The notes below the pieces were generated by a model. It saw only the letters and a program-made list of their open reading frames with translations, was not told the origin of the DNA and ran no database searches. Both the position numbers and the translations under genes were made by a program. Positions 28,165 to 36,326 of a stretch of DNA of 64,000 nt are shown in pieces. How positions within the stretch are numbered: the stretch's first letter is position 1; each line of letters opens with the position of its first letter. Origin of the DNA: a virus; IMG/VR virus record IMGVR_UViG_3300021957_000004; one strand, written 5' to 3'.

Positions 28165-30012
28165 ATGAAATATATAACAACGATTTGGACAAGTATTGCA
28201 CTTTGTATTGCACTTTTAGGCATAAGAGTTTTAGACCCAGTTTTAGTAGAACAATTAAGATTAAATAGTTTCGATCAATATATTCAGAGCTTACCCGACA
28301 AGGAATCCGATGTTGTTCTACTATCATTCGGAGAAGAAACTCTAGCTACATATGGCCAATACCCTTTTCCAAGACATACCTACGCACAACTGATATCAGA
28401 TCTAAGAGCTGCTAACGCTGGGATGATTGGGTTTACTATTATGTTTCCAGAAGCAGATAGGTTTGGTGGTGATGAGGTATTTATTTCCTGGGTAAACAAT
28501 AACGGAGTCATTCTCGCGCAAGACGCGTCCTCTCGCGGGCGCTCGGATACGGCCCCGTACGTGGGTACGGCCACGCTCGGCGAGGGCGACGCGTACGACT
28601 TTGTTCCTAAATATAGTGGGTTAGTAACAAATATAAAAGAATTAGAAGACGCTGCATGGGGTGTAGGATTAATAAATGCAGGTCAAGAAGTAGATAATAT
28701 AACAAGACGGATTCCTTTATTGTCCCAAATAAACGGACAGTTATATCCATCAATGCCTTTAGAAATCATAAGAGTAATACAAGATAAAAAGTCTTATTCA
28801 CTAAAAGCAAACTATGATGGTATAGAAAATGTAATGATTCCACCATATGAACCTATTCAAACAGATTACAATAGTTCTATATGGTTAAATATGAATTATA
28901 CTCATAAAGAATATGAATACGGTAAAGATGTATTACCTAATCTTCAAGGTCAAACAGTCTTGGTTGGTCTAACAGCAAGTGGCCTTGCTTCTCAAATACC
29001 AACTCCTCAAGGTTTGTTCTCTGCTCACCAATTGCAGGCGTCGGCACTTCAGACTGTGATAGATGGGAATTCGATATCTCGTCCTGGTTGGACATACTTA
29101 GTTGAATTGTTAGCTCTCGCCATAGGATCGGTTCTGATTGTTCTAGGGATATATCAGATGTCTGTCTTGACAGGTGCTGTATTCTCCGCCGTGATCGTGC
29201 TTGGCTACTCTGTATATGTTTGGTACGTCTGGACCTCAATGGGTATACTCCTTGATCTAACCTATCCTATAATAGTATATATACTTTCTTTTTCCTCAGC
29301 CGCATTTAATAATTTTTATATACAATTTAAATTAAGACAACAGATTAAAGGTCAATTCTCTACATACCTTTCTCCAGATATGGTTAACATGCTAGTCAAA
29401 GATCCTAGCTTAATGAAGCTCGGTGGTGATAGAAAAGAAATGACATTCCTCTTTATGGATATATGTGGTTTTACCCCTATCTCGGAATACTATAAGAACA
29501 ATGATGATCCAGAAGGATTAGTAGAATTAGTCAATGAATTCCTAGATGCTATGACTACTATCATCTTATCCAACGGCGGAACCATCGATAAATATATGGG
29601 TGACTGTATAATGGCATTTTGGAATGCTCCATTACCTTGTAAGAACCATGCTGAAATGGCAGTTAAGTCAGCAATAGAAATAGAAGAAAAAACAAATGAA
29701 CTTAAAGAACTTTATAAAGAACGTGGCCTTCCCGATATTAACGTTGGCACTGGTGTTAACACCGGCGATTGCATTGTTGGTAATATGGGTAGTAAATCCA
29801 GATTTGATTATTCGGTCATTGGAGATGCAGTCAACCTTGCCGCCAGGCTCGAGGCTACCGCGGCTCGTCATGAGTATGTAGAATACAAAACCATTATATC
29901 ATCCTTCACACAACAACTTCTTCCTCAGGGTTATGTCTCTCATAACATCGGAACCATCAAGGTTAAGGGTAAAGAAGAAGAAATCACTATATATTCCCCT
30001 AAAAAGAAATAG
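28165..30012 (+). CDS. CHASE2-domain class III adenylate cyclase
   Basis: N-terminal TM, GQYPFPR CHASE2 motif, TM bundle, FMDICGFT, DKYMGDCIMAFWNAP, DYSVIGDAVNLAARLE, VKGK. Confidence 0.93.
   Translation: MKYITTIWTSIALCIALLGIRVLDPVLVEQLRLNSFDQYIQSLPDKESDVVLLSFGEETLATYGQYPFPRHTYAQLISDLRAANAGMIGFTIMFPEADRFGGDEVFISWVNNNGVILAQDASSRGRSDTAPYVGTATLGEGDAYDFVPKYSGLVTNIKELEDAAWGVGLINAGQEVDNITRRIPLLSQINGQLYPSMPLEIIRVIQDKKSYSLKANYDGIENVMIPPYEPIQTDYNSSIWLNMNYTHKEYEYGKDVLPNLQGQTVLVGLTASGLASQIPTPQGLFSAHQLQASALQTVIDGNSISRPGWTYLVELLALAIGSVLIVLGIYQMSVLTGAVFSAVIVLGYSVYVWYVWTSMGILLDLTYPIIVYILSFSSAAFNNFYIQFKLRQQIKGQFSTYLSPDMVNMLVKDPSLMKLGGDRKEMTFLFMDICGFTPISEYYKNNDDPEGLVELVNEFLDAMTTIILSNGGTIDKYMGDCIMAFWNAPLPCKNHAEMAVKSAIEIEEKTNELKELYKERGLPDINVGTGVNTGDCIVGNMGSKSRFDYSVIGDAVNLAARLEATAARHEYVEYKTIISSFTQQLLPQGYVSHNIGTIKVKGKEEEITIYSPKKK
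28513..28599. other. CpG-dense synonymous patch inside the cyclase gene (one of at least 8)
   Basis: 25 of 29 codons end in G/C in an otherwise A/T-ending gene. Confidence 0.8.
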
Positions 30013-30047
30013 TTTCGTCACAATCTCGTGAACTTTGCAAAAAAAGG

Positions 30048-30076
30048 TTTACATCCATGCTGTTTTACGGTATAAT
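30048..30076 (+). promoter_or_regulatory. T4-early-type promoter with upstream A-tract
   Basis: AAAAAAAGGTTTACA-17-TATAAT. Confidence 0.85.
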
Positions 30077-30105
30077 ACACCTATATTCAACAAAAAGGAG
30101 TTAAT

Positions 30106-30201
30106 ATGAAAACATTAAAAAAGCACGGATTACTAGATTCTGATTTTCTAGGGCCAATGATTACTTTGGCAGTATTTCTAATTATAGGAGAGATAGTATA
30201 A
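30106..30201 (+). CDS. 31-aa membrane peptide (not in ORF track)
   Basis: AAGGAG RBS; MKTLKKHGLLDSDFLGPMITLAVFLIIGEIV; stop overlaps next start. Confidence 0.65.
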   Translation: MKTLKKHGLLDSDFLGPMITLAVFLIIGEIV

Positions 30202-30641
30202 TGAAAATAATATTTGACGTAGACGGAACACTTTTGGATATCGAACACAGAAGACATTTCGTAGAAGGTCCTAATAAAGACTGGGATACATTTATGGATC
30301 CAGCAGAAATGTTTAAGGACATTCCAAATCAACCAGTAGTTGATATAGCCATAGCTATGGAAAAAGCTGGACATGAAATAATCGTAGTTTCAGCAAGAAA
30401 CGAAAGACATAGAACAGTTACAGAAAACAGTCTTAACAGTGCTGGTGTATTTAGATCAGCTCTTTTTCTAAGACCAGATGGTGACTTTAGAACAGATAGT
30501 GAATTTAAGCAAGAAGTTCTTGACAGTCTTATTGCTAACGATTGGAAACCTGATTTGGTCTTCGATGACAGAAATCAAGTGGTTAACATGTGGAGACAAA
30601 ACGGTCTTACATGTGTACAAGTTGCAGAAGGTGACTTCTAA
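30201..30641 (+). CDS. HAD phosphatase similar to the T4 PNKP (PseT) 3'-phosphatase domain
   Basis: FDVDGTL, VSAR, R..GDFR.D...K, FDDRNQVV.MWR..GL.C.QVA.GDF. Confidence 0.88.
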   Translation: MKIIFDVDGTLLDIEHRRHFVEGPNKDWDTFMDPAEMFKDIPNQPVVDIAIAMEKAGHEIIVVSARNERHRTVTENSLNSAGVFRSALFLRPDGDFRTDSEFKQEVLDSLIANDWKPDLVFDDRNQVVNMWRQNGLTCVQVAEGDF

Positions 30642-30705
30642 GATGGGACGAGTGGGTGTAATGCGTAAGGCTTTAAATAGCGAACCGTTTCCCAGAATCC
30701 TTTCT

Positions 30706-30744
30706 TGTGACGTAACTGTGACAATTCGTGACGAAATAGTCACA
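30706..30744. promoter_or_regulatory. Helically phased GTGAC/GTCAC boxes (putative operator)
   Basis: GTGAC at 30707, 30718, 30728 and GTCAC at 30739. Confidence 0.5.
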
Positions 30745-30752
30745 AAAAAAGG

Positions 30753-30781
30753 TTTACAAACTACCAAAACTACGGTATAAT
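30753..30781 (+). promoter_or_regulatory. T4-early-type promoter
   Basis: A-tract, GGTTTACA-17-TATAAT. Confidence 0.85.
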
Positions 30782-30812
30782 ACATACATCATTTAAAAAT
30801 TAAGGAGTTAAA

Positions 30813-31313
30813 ATGAAATTAGTAATTAACACACAATATAGAGAAAACTACGCGGCTCATGACGAAGATTATGTTCACGGTGTTTCTGAAGCATATTGGA
30901 AATTCAAAGGCGGTACTACTTACGTGGTTCCTAATTTTACGGATTCCGTAAACATCACAGAGGTTATGAAAAACCTTACTACTCTTATCGAGTACGGTAA
31001 TGCTGGTTCAGAGGAATATATCCTCGGTTACGAAATCTTTGAAGATAACGCAAAGGTCTGTGAAAACTGGGAAACTGTTACTCAGGTATTTTATAATACG
31101 GATAATGTTACTGCTCTTAAGGTTACAGATAACCGCGAAGATGGTTGGATGAGATCAGAGATCTTGGAAAAGACCGAAGCTTGGACTATGCTTCCTGAAT
31201 CAAAAAGAGGAAAATATGCAGCATCTTACCTAATGCGTGATGGTGACATTTGTGAAAGCCAAAAAGATCTTGAAAACTGGTTCGATACATGCGGCCAAGT
31301 GGAGGTAGTATAA
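30813..31313 (+). CDS. Early hypothetical protein
   Basis: TAAGGAG RBS; TQYRENY.AH...YWKFKGG. Confidence 0.7.
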   Translation: MKLVINTQYRENYAAHDEDYVHGVSEAYWKFKGGTTYVVPNFTDSVNITEVMKNLTTLIEYGNAGSEEYILGYEIFEDNAKVCENWETVTQVFYNTDNVTALKVTDNREDGWMRSEILEKTEAWTMLPESKRGKYAASYLMRDGDICESQKDLENWFDTCGQVEVV

Positions 31314-31540
31314 TGAGAATTAGTACCTATTTAATGACTGTCGATCCTTTAGATGCAGGCGGTATGCTAGAATTAGAAACCATTAGAAAAGCTTTAAAGA
31401 TCGCAGGTAATGTATTTGGTCTACACGTAAGAGGAAGAGGACCAAGAAAAGAAGCTGGTCTAAAAGATGGTAAAAATTATACATCGTATTTACCTCTTAG
31501 ACATGCAACAAGATACGATGTTTATTTAAGGAGAAGATAA
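31289..31540 (+). CDS. Early hypothetical protein (start probably 31313)
   Basis: GGAGG before 31313; RGRGPR motif. Confidence 0.6.
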   Translation: MRPSGGSIMRISTYLMTVDPLDAGGMLELETIRKALKIAGNVFGLHVRGRGPRKEAGLKDGKNYTSYLPLRHATRYDVYLRRR

Positions 31541-31734
31541 TGGAAAGATATTTAATAACAACAGAGTCATACGTATATGCTAAAGACGAGAAAGCTGCAA
31601 AGTCACTCGCAGGATATATTCAAGGCAAACAAAGAAAGTCATATGACAACCAATGTCATGTAACAAAATTAGAGTACGCCCCGTTTGGTGGTGGATTCTC
31701 AGACAAGAATTTAATCGAAGGAGAGATACTATAA
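31540..31734 (+). CDS. Early hypothetical protein
   Basis: AGGAG RBS; translational coupling. Confidence 0.6.
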   Translation: MERYLITTESYVYAKDEKAAKSLAGYIQGKQRKSYDNQCHVTKLEYAPFGGGFSDKNLIEGEIL

Positions 31735-32000
31735 TGCATCAGTCCAAATATAGGGTATCAGTTAACAAAGTTAATAATGGTGTTCAACACATATATTCAT
31801 TTCCAAATGGTTATGGAGCTAGTGTAATTAAACATGATGGTAGCTATGGTGGTAACCTAGGACTATGGGAATTAGCTGTATTAGATGATGAAGGATCTTT
31901 ATGTTATTCTACACCTATTACATCTGATGTTATAGGACATCTTTCCGATGAGGAAGTTATTTTGAAATTAAATGAAATTAGGGGTTTACAAACATCGTAA
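31734..32000 (+). CDS. Conserved phage hypothetical protein
   Basis: FPNGYGASVI...SYGG..GLWELAVL...TPITSDVIG; start moved to 31734. Confidence 0.7.
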   Translation: MHQSKYRVSVNKVNNGVQHIYSFPNGYGASVIKHDGSYGGNLGLWELAVLDDEGSLCYSTPITSDVIGHLSDEEVILKLNEIRGLQTS

Positions 32001-32013
32001 ACTATGGTATAAT
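31985..32013 (+). promoter_or_regulatory. T4-early-type promoter
   Basis: GGGGTTTACA-17-TATAAT. Confidence 0.85.
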
Positions 32014-32047
32014 ACACCCTACAAACAAATATTAATAAGGAGTTAAT

Positions 32048-32365
32048 ATGAATAGATTAGAATTAATCAAACAAGCGGCACTAAAAGCCAAAGCAAAAAA
32101 AGAAAAAACCACAGTCGAAGAACTAAAATTCCAAGAAACAGTTCGTAACCTCGACAAGCGTAAAGCTAAAATCAAAGAAGAAATGAAACTACATAAGAAG
32201 CTTACTGCTTCGGTAAAGAAAGCTGGCAAACAAACCGCTAGCTCTTTAGAATGTTTTGCTCCAGAAAATATGTATTATTCAGAAAAAGATACTAATCGTT
32301 TTTTAGAAAACTCATCTTACATGGATGCATATAATGCTAATAGATCAGCAGATGGAGATTACTAA
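32048..32365 (+). CDS. Early basic hypothetical protein
   Basis: ATAAGGAG RBS. Confidence 0.65.
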   Translation: MNRLELIKQAALKAKAKKEKTTVEELKFQETVRNLDKRKAKIKEEMKLHKKLTASVKKAGKQTASSLECFAPENMYYSEKDTNRFLENSSYMDAYNANRSADGDY

Positions 32366-32544
32366 TGAGAGAAGTTTTATTTAATTATGGTGATGCTAAA
32401 ATCCTTAAGGATAAGTCACCAGGTGGGATACCAAGATGGATTGTACAATGGAATGACGGTTCTATGCAAATATATAATGCAGCTTGGTACCACCTAAAAA
32501 CAGTTAAAGGTTTTGTAGTTAAAACCTTAGGAGAAATGAAATGA
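32365..32544 (+). CDS. Small hypothetical protein (59 aa, not in ORF track)
   Basis: GGAG RBS; MREVLFNYGDAK...GEMK; overlaps both neighbours. Confidence 0.6.
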   Translation: MREVLFNYGDAKILKDKSPGGIPRWIVQWNDGSMQIYNAAWYHLKTVKGFVVKTLGEMK

Positions 32545-32810
32545 GTCAATATGATAGCAGAGTCGAAAAACAAAGATTAAAGATAGAAGCTGAAGAATGG
32601 GCCAAAGGTGTTAAATCACTACACGCACATTCATTGGATTCAATGCACTATGACAATCGACCACAGGATACCGAAGATGGTAAAAATGTTATGGATATAG
32701 AGTTCAATGACGGAAGCGTTAAAAGAACTTTACAAAATGGTGAAGTAGTTATATTAGGAAAAGCCTTAAGAGGTAAAGAATTACTAAATCAATTTATTAG
32801 AAATCAATAA
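32541..32810 (+). CDS. Hypothetical protein
   Basis: AGGAG RBS. Confidence 0.6.
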   Translation: MSQYDSRVEKQRLKIEAEEWAKGVKSLHAHSLDSMHYDNRPQDTEDGKNVMDIEFNDGSVKRTLQNGEVVILGKALRGKELLNQFIRNQ

Positions 32811-32814
32811 GGGG

Positions 32815-32843
32815 TTTACATCTCTTAGAAATTGTGGTATAAT
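32815..32843 (+). promoter_or_regulatory. T4-early-type promoter
   Basis: GGGGTTTACA-17-TATAAT with TGTGG extension. Confidence 0.85.
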
Positions 32844-32850
32844 ATATATT

Positions 32851-33207
32851 ATGAGTACAACAAACTTTTACATGGGTTCATTAAGATATGGACCATCTGG
32901 GAAAAAAAGAAAGAAGCATGCGGCTAACCCAGTTAAAAAAACAAGGCCAAAGTTCATACCTATGGAAATAGATCCTGTTAAACAGGCAGCAGCATTAAAA
33001 GCTGCAGATATCAAAGAGCAAGAAAGAGTAGATTTTCTACAAAGACTTTCCAAGACTCAAAATGATAACATGGGTAAAAAAGAAAATCTCCAATATACCG
33101 GAGAAAGAAAATTAGTAGGTATTGCAACAATGCATAAGTCAAATGCAGTACCAATCTTCGAAGACGATAAGGAACACGCTATAGATATAGCACGTATGCG
33201 AAGATGA
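32851..33207 (+). CDS. Conserved basic hypothetical protein
   Basis: YTGERKLVGIATMHKSNAVPIF...IARMRR. Confidence 0.7.
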   Translation: MSTTNFYMGSLRYGPSGKKRKKHAANPVKKTRPKFIPMEIDPVKQAAALKAADIKEQERVDFLQRLSKTQNDNMGKKENLQYTGERKLVGIATMHKSNAVPIFEDDKEHAIDIARMRR

Positions 33208-33215
33208 ACAATTTC

Positions 33216-33266
33216 GGGGTATGTCGCTCTTTAACTCCTTATCTTTCAGAATGCGACCTCTGCCCC
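33216..33266 (+). ncRNA. Putative regulatory RNA hairpin exposing an anti-Shine-Dalgarno loop
   Basis: Stems GGGGTA/TGCCCC, GTCGC/GCGAC, TCT/AGA; loop TTAACTCCTTATCTTTC. Confidence 0.5.
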
Positions 33267-33285
33267 ACTTTATTATAAGGAAATT

Positions 33286-34467
33286 ATGGCACTTAAAAAA
33301 TTAAATAAGAAAAGAATCTCGATGAGGAAAGATAGAGTTTCTTTAGATGCAAAGATGATGGGTCCAGAACCTCTCTTCACAGAAGAAGATGGACACATGG
33401 ACATTGAAGAACAATACGATGGAAAGATTGGCCGAAAATGGGCTAAAGCTTCCAGATGGTATAATTACTTTTATCAAAACAAAGATTACCTTCCACACGC
33501 AGTAGACTTTCTAAGAGATGTATATGGTTGGGATGATGATAAGTTAAAAGTCTTTTTACGTTTACCCGATTATACAATTAGAAGAGTCGGTGGGGTTGGC
33601 GTTATATGGTCAAGAGGTTACAAATATGATCCATTGTTTATCGAAGGCTTTAAACCTATTACTGATGAACTATATGAAAAAGCTACTTTATTAGAAGAGC
33701 AAAGAGTAGAAGCAGTAAAAGAAAAACCTAAAATGCCTAGTATACAAGAAAGAACTAGAGCAAAGGTATTAGAAACCATTTATATGGAATTTGATGTTAA
33801 CGTAGTTGATGAATGGATGGAAGGTAATTATAAAGTTGACTTCGAAGCATTCTCTCTATTTAAAAACTTTGGATTAAAAGGTAATGCTATTTCTATATTC
33901 CAAGACATGATCGATGTAGAATATCTAGGACTAAAAGAAGCATACGATAAAACATGTCCTGATTGTGTAGAAGCTTATTCACACATTACGAAAGGCAATA
34001 AAAAGAAAATGCTCAACGTATACGACAATATTTATTCTGACCTTGATAAACTTAAAGATAGCTTTAAAGCGACGCGTAAGGCGCGTGTACGTGTCCCTAG
34101 GAGCAACGAACAACAGGTATCTAAGTTAAACTATATGAAAGAAGACTTAGCAGCTAAGTTAACATCTATTAATCCTATCCTTATTCCAACCGCATCTAAG
34201 CTATATGTTTATAATGTTAAACAAGGTAAGCTTGCAGAATACACTGCATTAGATGCTAAGGGTTTCGAGATCGCTGGATCTACTATTAAGAACTATGATA
34301 CTAAACTAAGTAAAATAACTAAGTTAAGAAAGCCAGAGGAAATACTACCGCTTATTCTAAACAAAACAGAAAAGCAAATACTAAAAGTATGGAAAGGATT
34401 AACAACAAAGATTTATGAACCAACAGGCCGAATCAACAAGGACTGTATTTTAATGAGAGTAATATAA
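33286..34467 (+). CDS. Conserved hypothetical protein upstream of gp33
   Basis: 393 aa; C-terminal KLRKPEE...GRINKDCILMRV. Confidence 0.7.
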   Translation: MALKKLNKKRISMRKDRVSLDAKMMGPEPLFTEEDGHMDIEEQYDGKIGRKWAKASRWYNYFYQNKDYLPHAVDFLRDVYGWDDDKLKVFLRLPDYTIRRVGGVGVIWSRGYKYDPLFIEGFKPITDELYEKATLLEEQRVEAVKEKPKMPSIQERTRAKVLETIYMEFDVNVVDEWMEGNYKVDFEAFSLFKNFGLKGNAISIFQDMIDVEYLGLKEAYDKTCPDCVEAYSHITKGNKKKMLNVYDNIYSDLDKLKDSFKATRKARVRVPRSNEQQVSKLNYMKEDLAAKLTSINPILIPTASKLYVYNVKQGKLAEYTALDAKGFEIAGSTIKNYDTKLSKITKLRKPEEILPLILNKTEKQILKVWKGLTTKIYEPTGRINKDCILMRVI

Positions 34468-34706
34468 TGGATATATTAAATGAAAAGATTATGACTAAGA
34501 AAAGATTTAGTACAGCAGTAGAAGAGCTAGTTGCTAAAAACAAAATGTCATATATGGATGCTATGAACTACGTGATAGAAAAAAGAGGTATGGATTATGG
34601 AAACATAAAGAAACTACTATCTGATTCTTTAAAAGAAAAAGTTACAGCAGAAGCCCAGGGGTTAAACCTAATCAGAGATAAGAAAGGTAATACATTACCA
34701 GTATGA
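34467..34706 (+). CDS. gp33: Late promoter transcription co-activator gp33
   Basis: FS..VE.LV....SYMDA...LKEKV.AEA..LNL...LPV; T4 synteny. Confidence 0.85.
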   Translation: MDILNEKIMTKKRFSTAVEELVAKNKMSYMDAMNYVIEKRGMDYGNIKKLLSDSLKEKVTAEAQGLNLIRDKKGNTLPV

Positions 34707-35293
34707 TGCAACCTTTTGATGCATATAGTATGTACAATGCACTTAAGCTGCATTTCGAACAAGACAGCTATGATGCAGTTAAATACAATTTTAAATCTAA
34801 CGTAAGTCCTAAATCGTTCTTTGCTAGGAAAGATAAATACTTCTTTGCCAAACTAGCTAAGACTTATGACGATAAACTCTTACAGTATTATATAGCTAAC
34901 TTTAAGAATGGGATTAGTTACGTTGGGGATATGCTAAACGAAGGTGGTGAAACTAACTTTAAGCAGCATATGAAAGTTCGCGAGTCAATACATCGTGAGT
35001 TTCAAAAAGATATAAATAGTTTAATAGATATGGATATACAGTTTGATGATTTGTTTATGACAAAGCAAACGCATCCATTGATAGTAAAATTATTGATGAG
35101 AGAAGAGATTAGTTTAGAGACTGTTGTTATTCTGGATTCAATATTAGGGTTTATGAAACGTGAAGGATCTAAGATAACTGAGACAATTATTTGGCCAGAT
35201 ATCTCTAGAAAGATTATGAAGTATAAACCTTTTGTAGACTTTAATAAAGATAAATGCGTAAGTATTATCAAAAAAGGGTTTACAAAACCATAG
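34703..35293 (+). CDS. gp59: Helicase loader gp59
   Basis: Y..YNALKLHF...YD..KY, RKDKYFFAKL, ISLETVVILD; synteny 33-59-32. Confidence 0.85.
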   Translation: MMQPFDAYSMYNALKLHFEQDSYDAVKYNFKSNVSPKSFFARKDKYFFAKLAKTYDDKLLQYYIANFKNGISYVGDMLNEGGETNFKQHMKVRESIHREFQKDINSLIDMDIQFDDLFMTKQTHPLIVKLLMREEISLETVVILDSILGFMKREGSKITETIIWPDISRKIMKYKPFVDFNKDKCVSIIKKGFTKP

Positions 35294-35307
35294 GAGTGTG
35301 GTATAAT
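35279..35307 (+). promoter_or_regulatory. T4-early-type promoter of gp32
   Basis: GGGTTTACA-17-TATAAT with TGTGG; late TATAAATA also at 35011. Confidence 0.8.
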
Positions 35308-35370
35308 ATACTCATTATATTATGAACAAAGTGGATAATTCAACAATACAGTGTACATGGAGAAAATAAA

Positions 35371-36279
35371 ATGTCATTCGAAAACTTAAAGAGCGCACGA
35401 GGCTCATCAATCGATAAACTCGTAAAAGCTGCAGAAGCAGTATCCACCCCAAAAGCGGACAACTCATCTTATGGTGATGATCGTCTTTGGAAACCTACAA
35501 GAGATAAAGCAGGAAACGGTTACGCGGTAATCAGATTCTTACCTGCCAAAGAAGGTGAAGATCTTCCTTGGGTAAGATACTGGGATCACGGATTTAAAGG
35601 TCCTAATGGTCTATGGTACATAGAGAAATCATTAACCTCTATTAATCAACCAGACCCTGTCTCAGAACAAAATACTGTTCTTTGGAATACTGGTAGAGAT
35701 GAGGATAAAGCTATTGCACGTGAAAGGAAAAGACGTTTACATTATGTTTCAAACATTCTAGTAATCAGTGATCCTGAACACCCAGAAAATAATGGAAAGG
35801 TATTCCTTTACCAATTCGGTAAAAGAATCTTCGACAAAGTTATGGAAGCTATGCAACCACAATTCGCCGATGAGCAACCTTGTAATCCATACGACTTCTG
35901 GGAAGGCGCTGACTTTAAAATTAAAATCAGAAAAGTAGATGGATGGGTTAACTATGATAAATCAGAGTTCTCAAGTCCTTCAGCATTATTTGATAGTAAT
36001 GAAGCAGAGCTAGAAAGTGTATATGGGAAACTACATTCATTAAGTGAATTCACTGATCCTAAATCATATAAATCATATGACGAACTTAAAGCCAAACTTA
36101 ATAAAGTATTAGGTGTTGATGCTGGAATTACTGCCGATATGGCAACTATGACTAGCGCTCCTGTTCCAACAATGGAACAAACACCTTCAATGATAGAAGA
36201 ATCTCCAGCAATGGAAACCTCTTCTAGCGATGAAGATGATACGTTAAGTTACTTTAATAAATTAGCTAACGAGAGTTAA
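35371..36279 (+). CDS. gp32: ssDNA-binding protein gp32
   Basis: DDRLWKP..DKAGNGYAVIRFLP, PYDFWEGADFKIK, NYDKSEF, acidic tail. Confidence 0.95.
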   Translation: MSFENLKSARGSSIDKLVKAAEAVSTPKADNSSYGDDRLWKPTRDKAGNGYAVIRFLPAKEGEDLPWVRYWDHGFKGPNGLWYIEKSLTSINQPDPVSEQNTVLWNTGRDEDKAIARERKRRLHYVSNILVISDPEHPENNGKVFLYQFGKRIFDKVMEAMQPQFADEQPCNPYDFWEGADFKIKIRKVDGWVNYDKSEFSSPSALFDSNEAELESVYGKLHSLSEFTDPKSYKSYDELKAKLNKVLGVDAGITADMATMTSAPVPTMEQTPSMIEESPAMETSSSDEDDTLSYFNKLANES

Positions 36280-36300
36280 CTAATAGATCTTACGATCGGA

Positions 36301-36326
36301 AGGGGTGCGAAAGCGCCCCTTTTTTT
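36301..36326 (+). terminator. Rho-independent terminator between convergent units
   Basis: AGGGGTGC-GAAA-GCGCCCCT followed by a T-run. Confidence 0.85.

Noticed and set aside
30727-30744. Canonical CRP site
   Set aside because: Half-sites are 8 nt apart, not 6; kept only as an unassigned operator-like array
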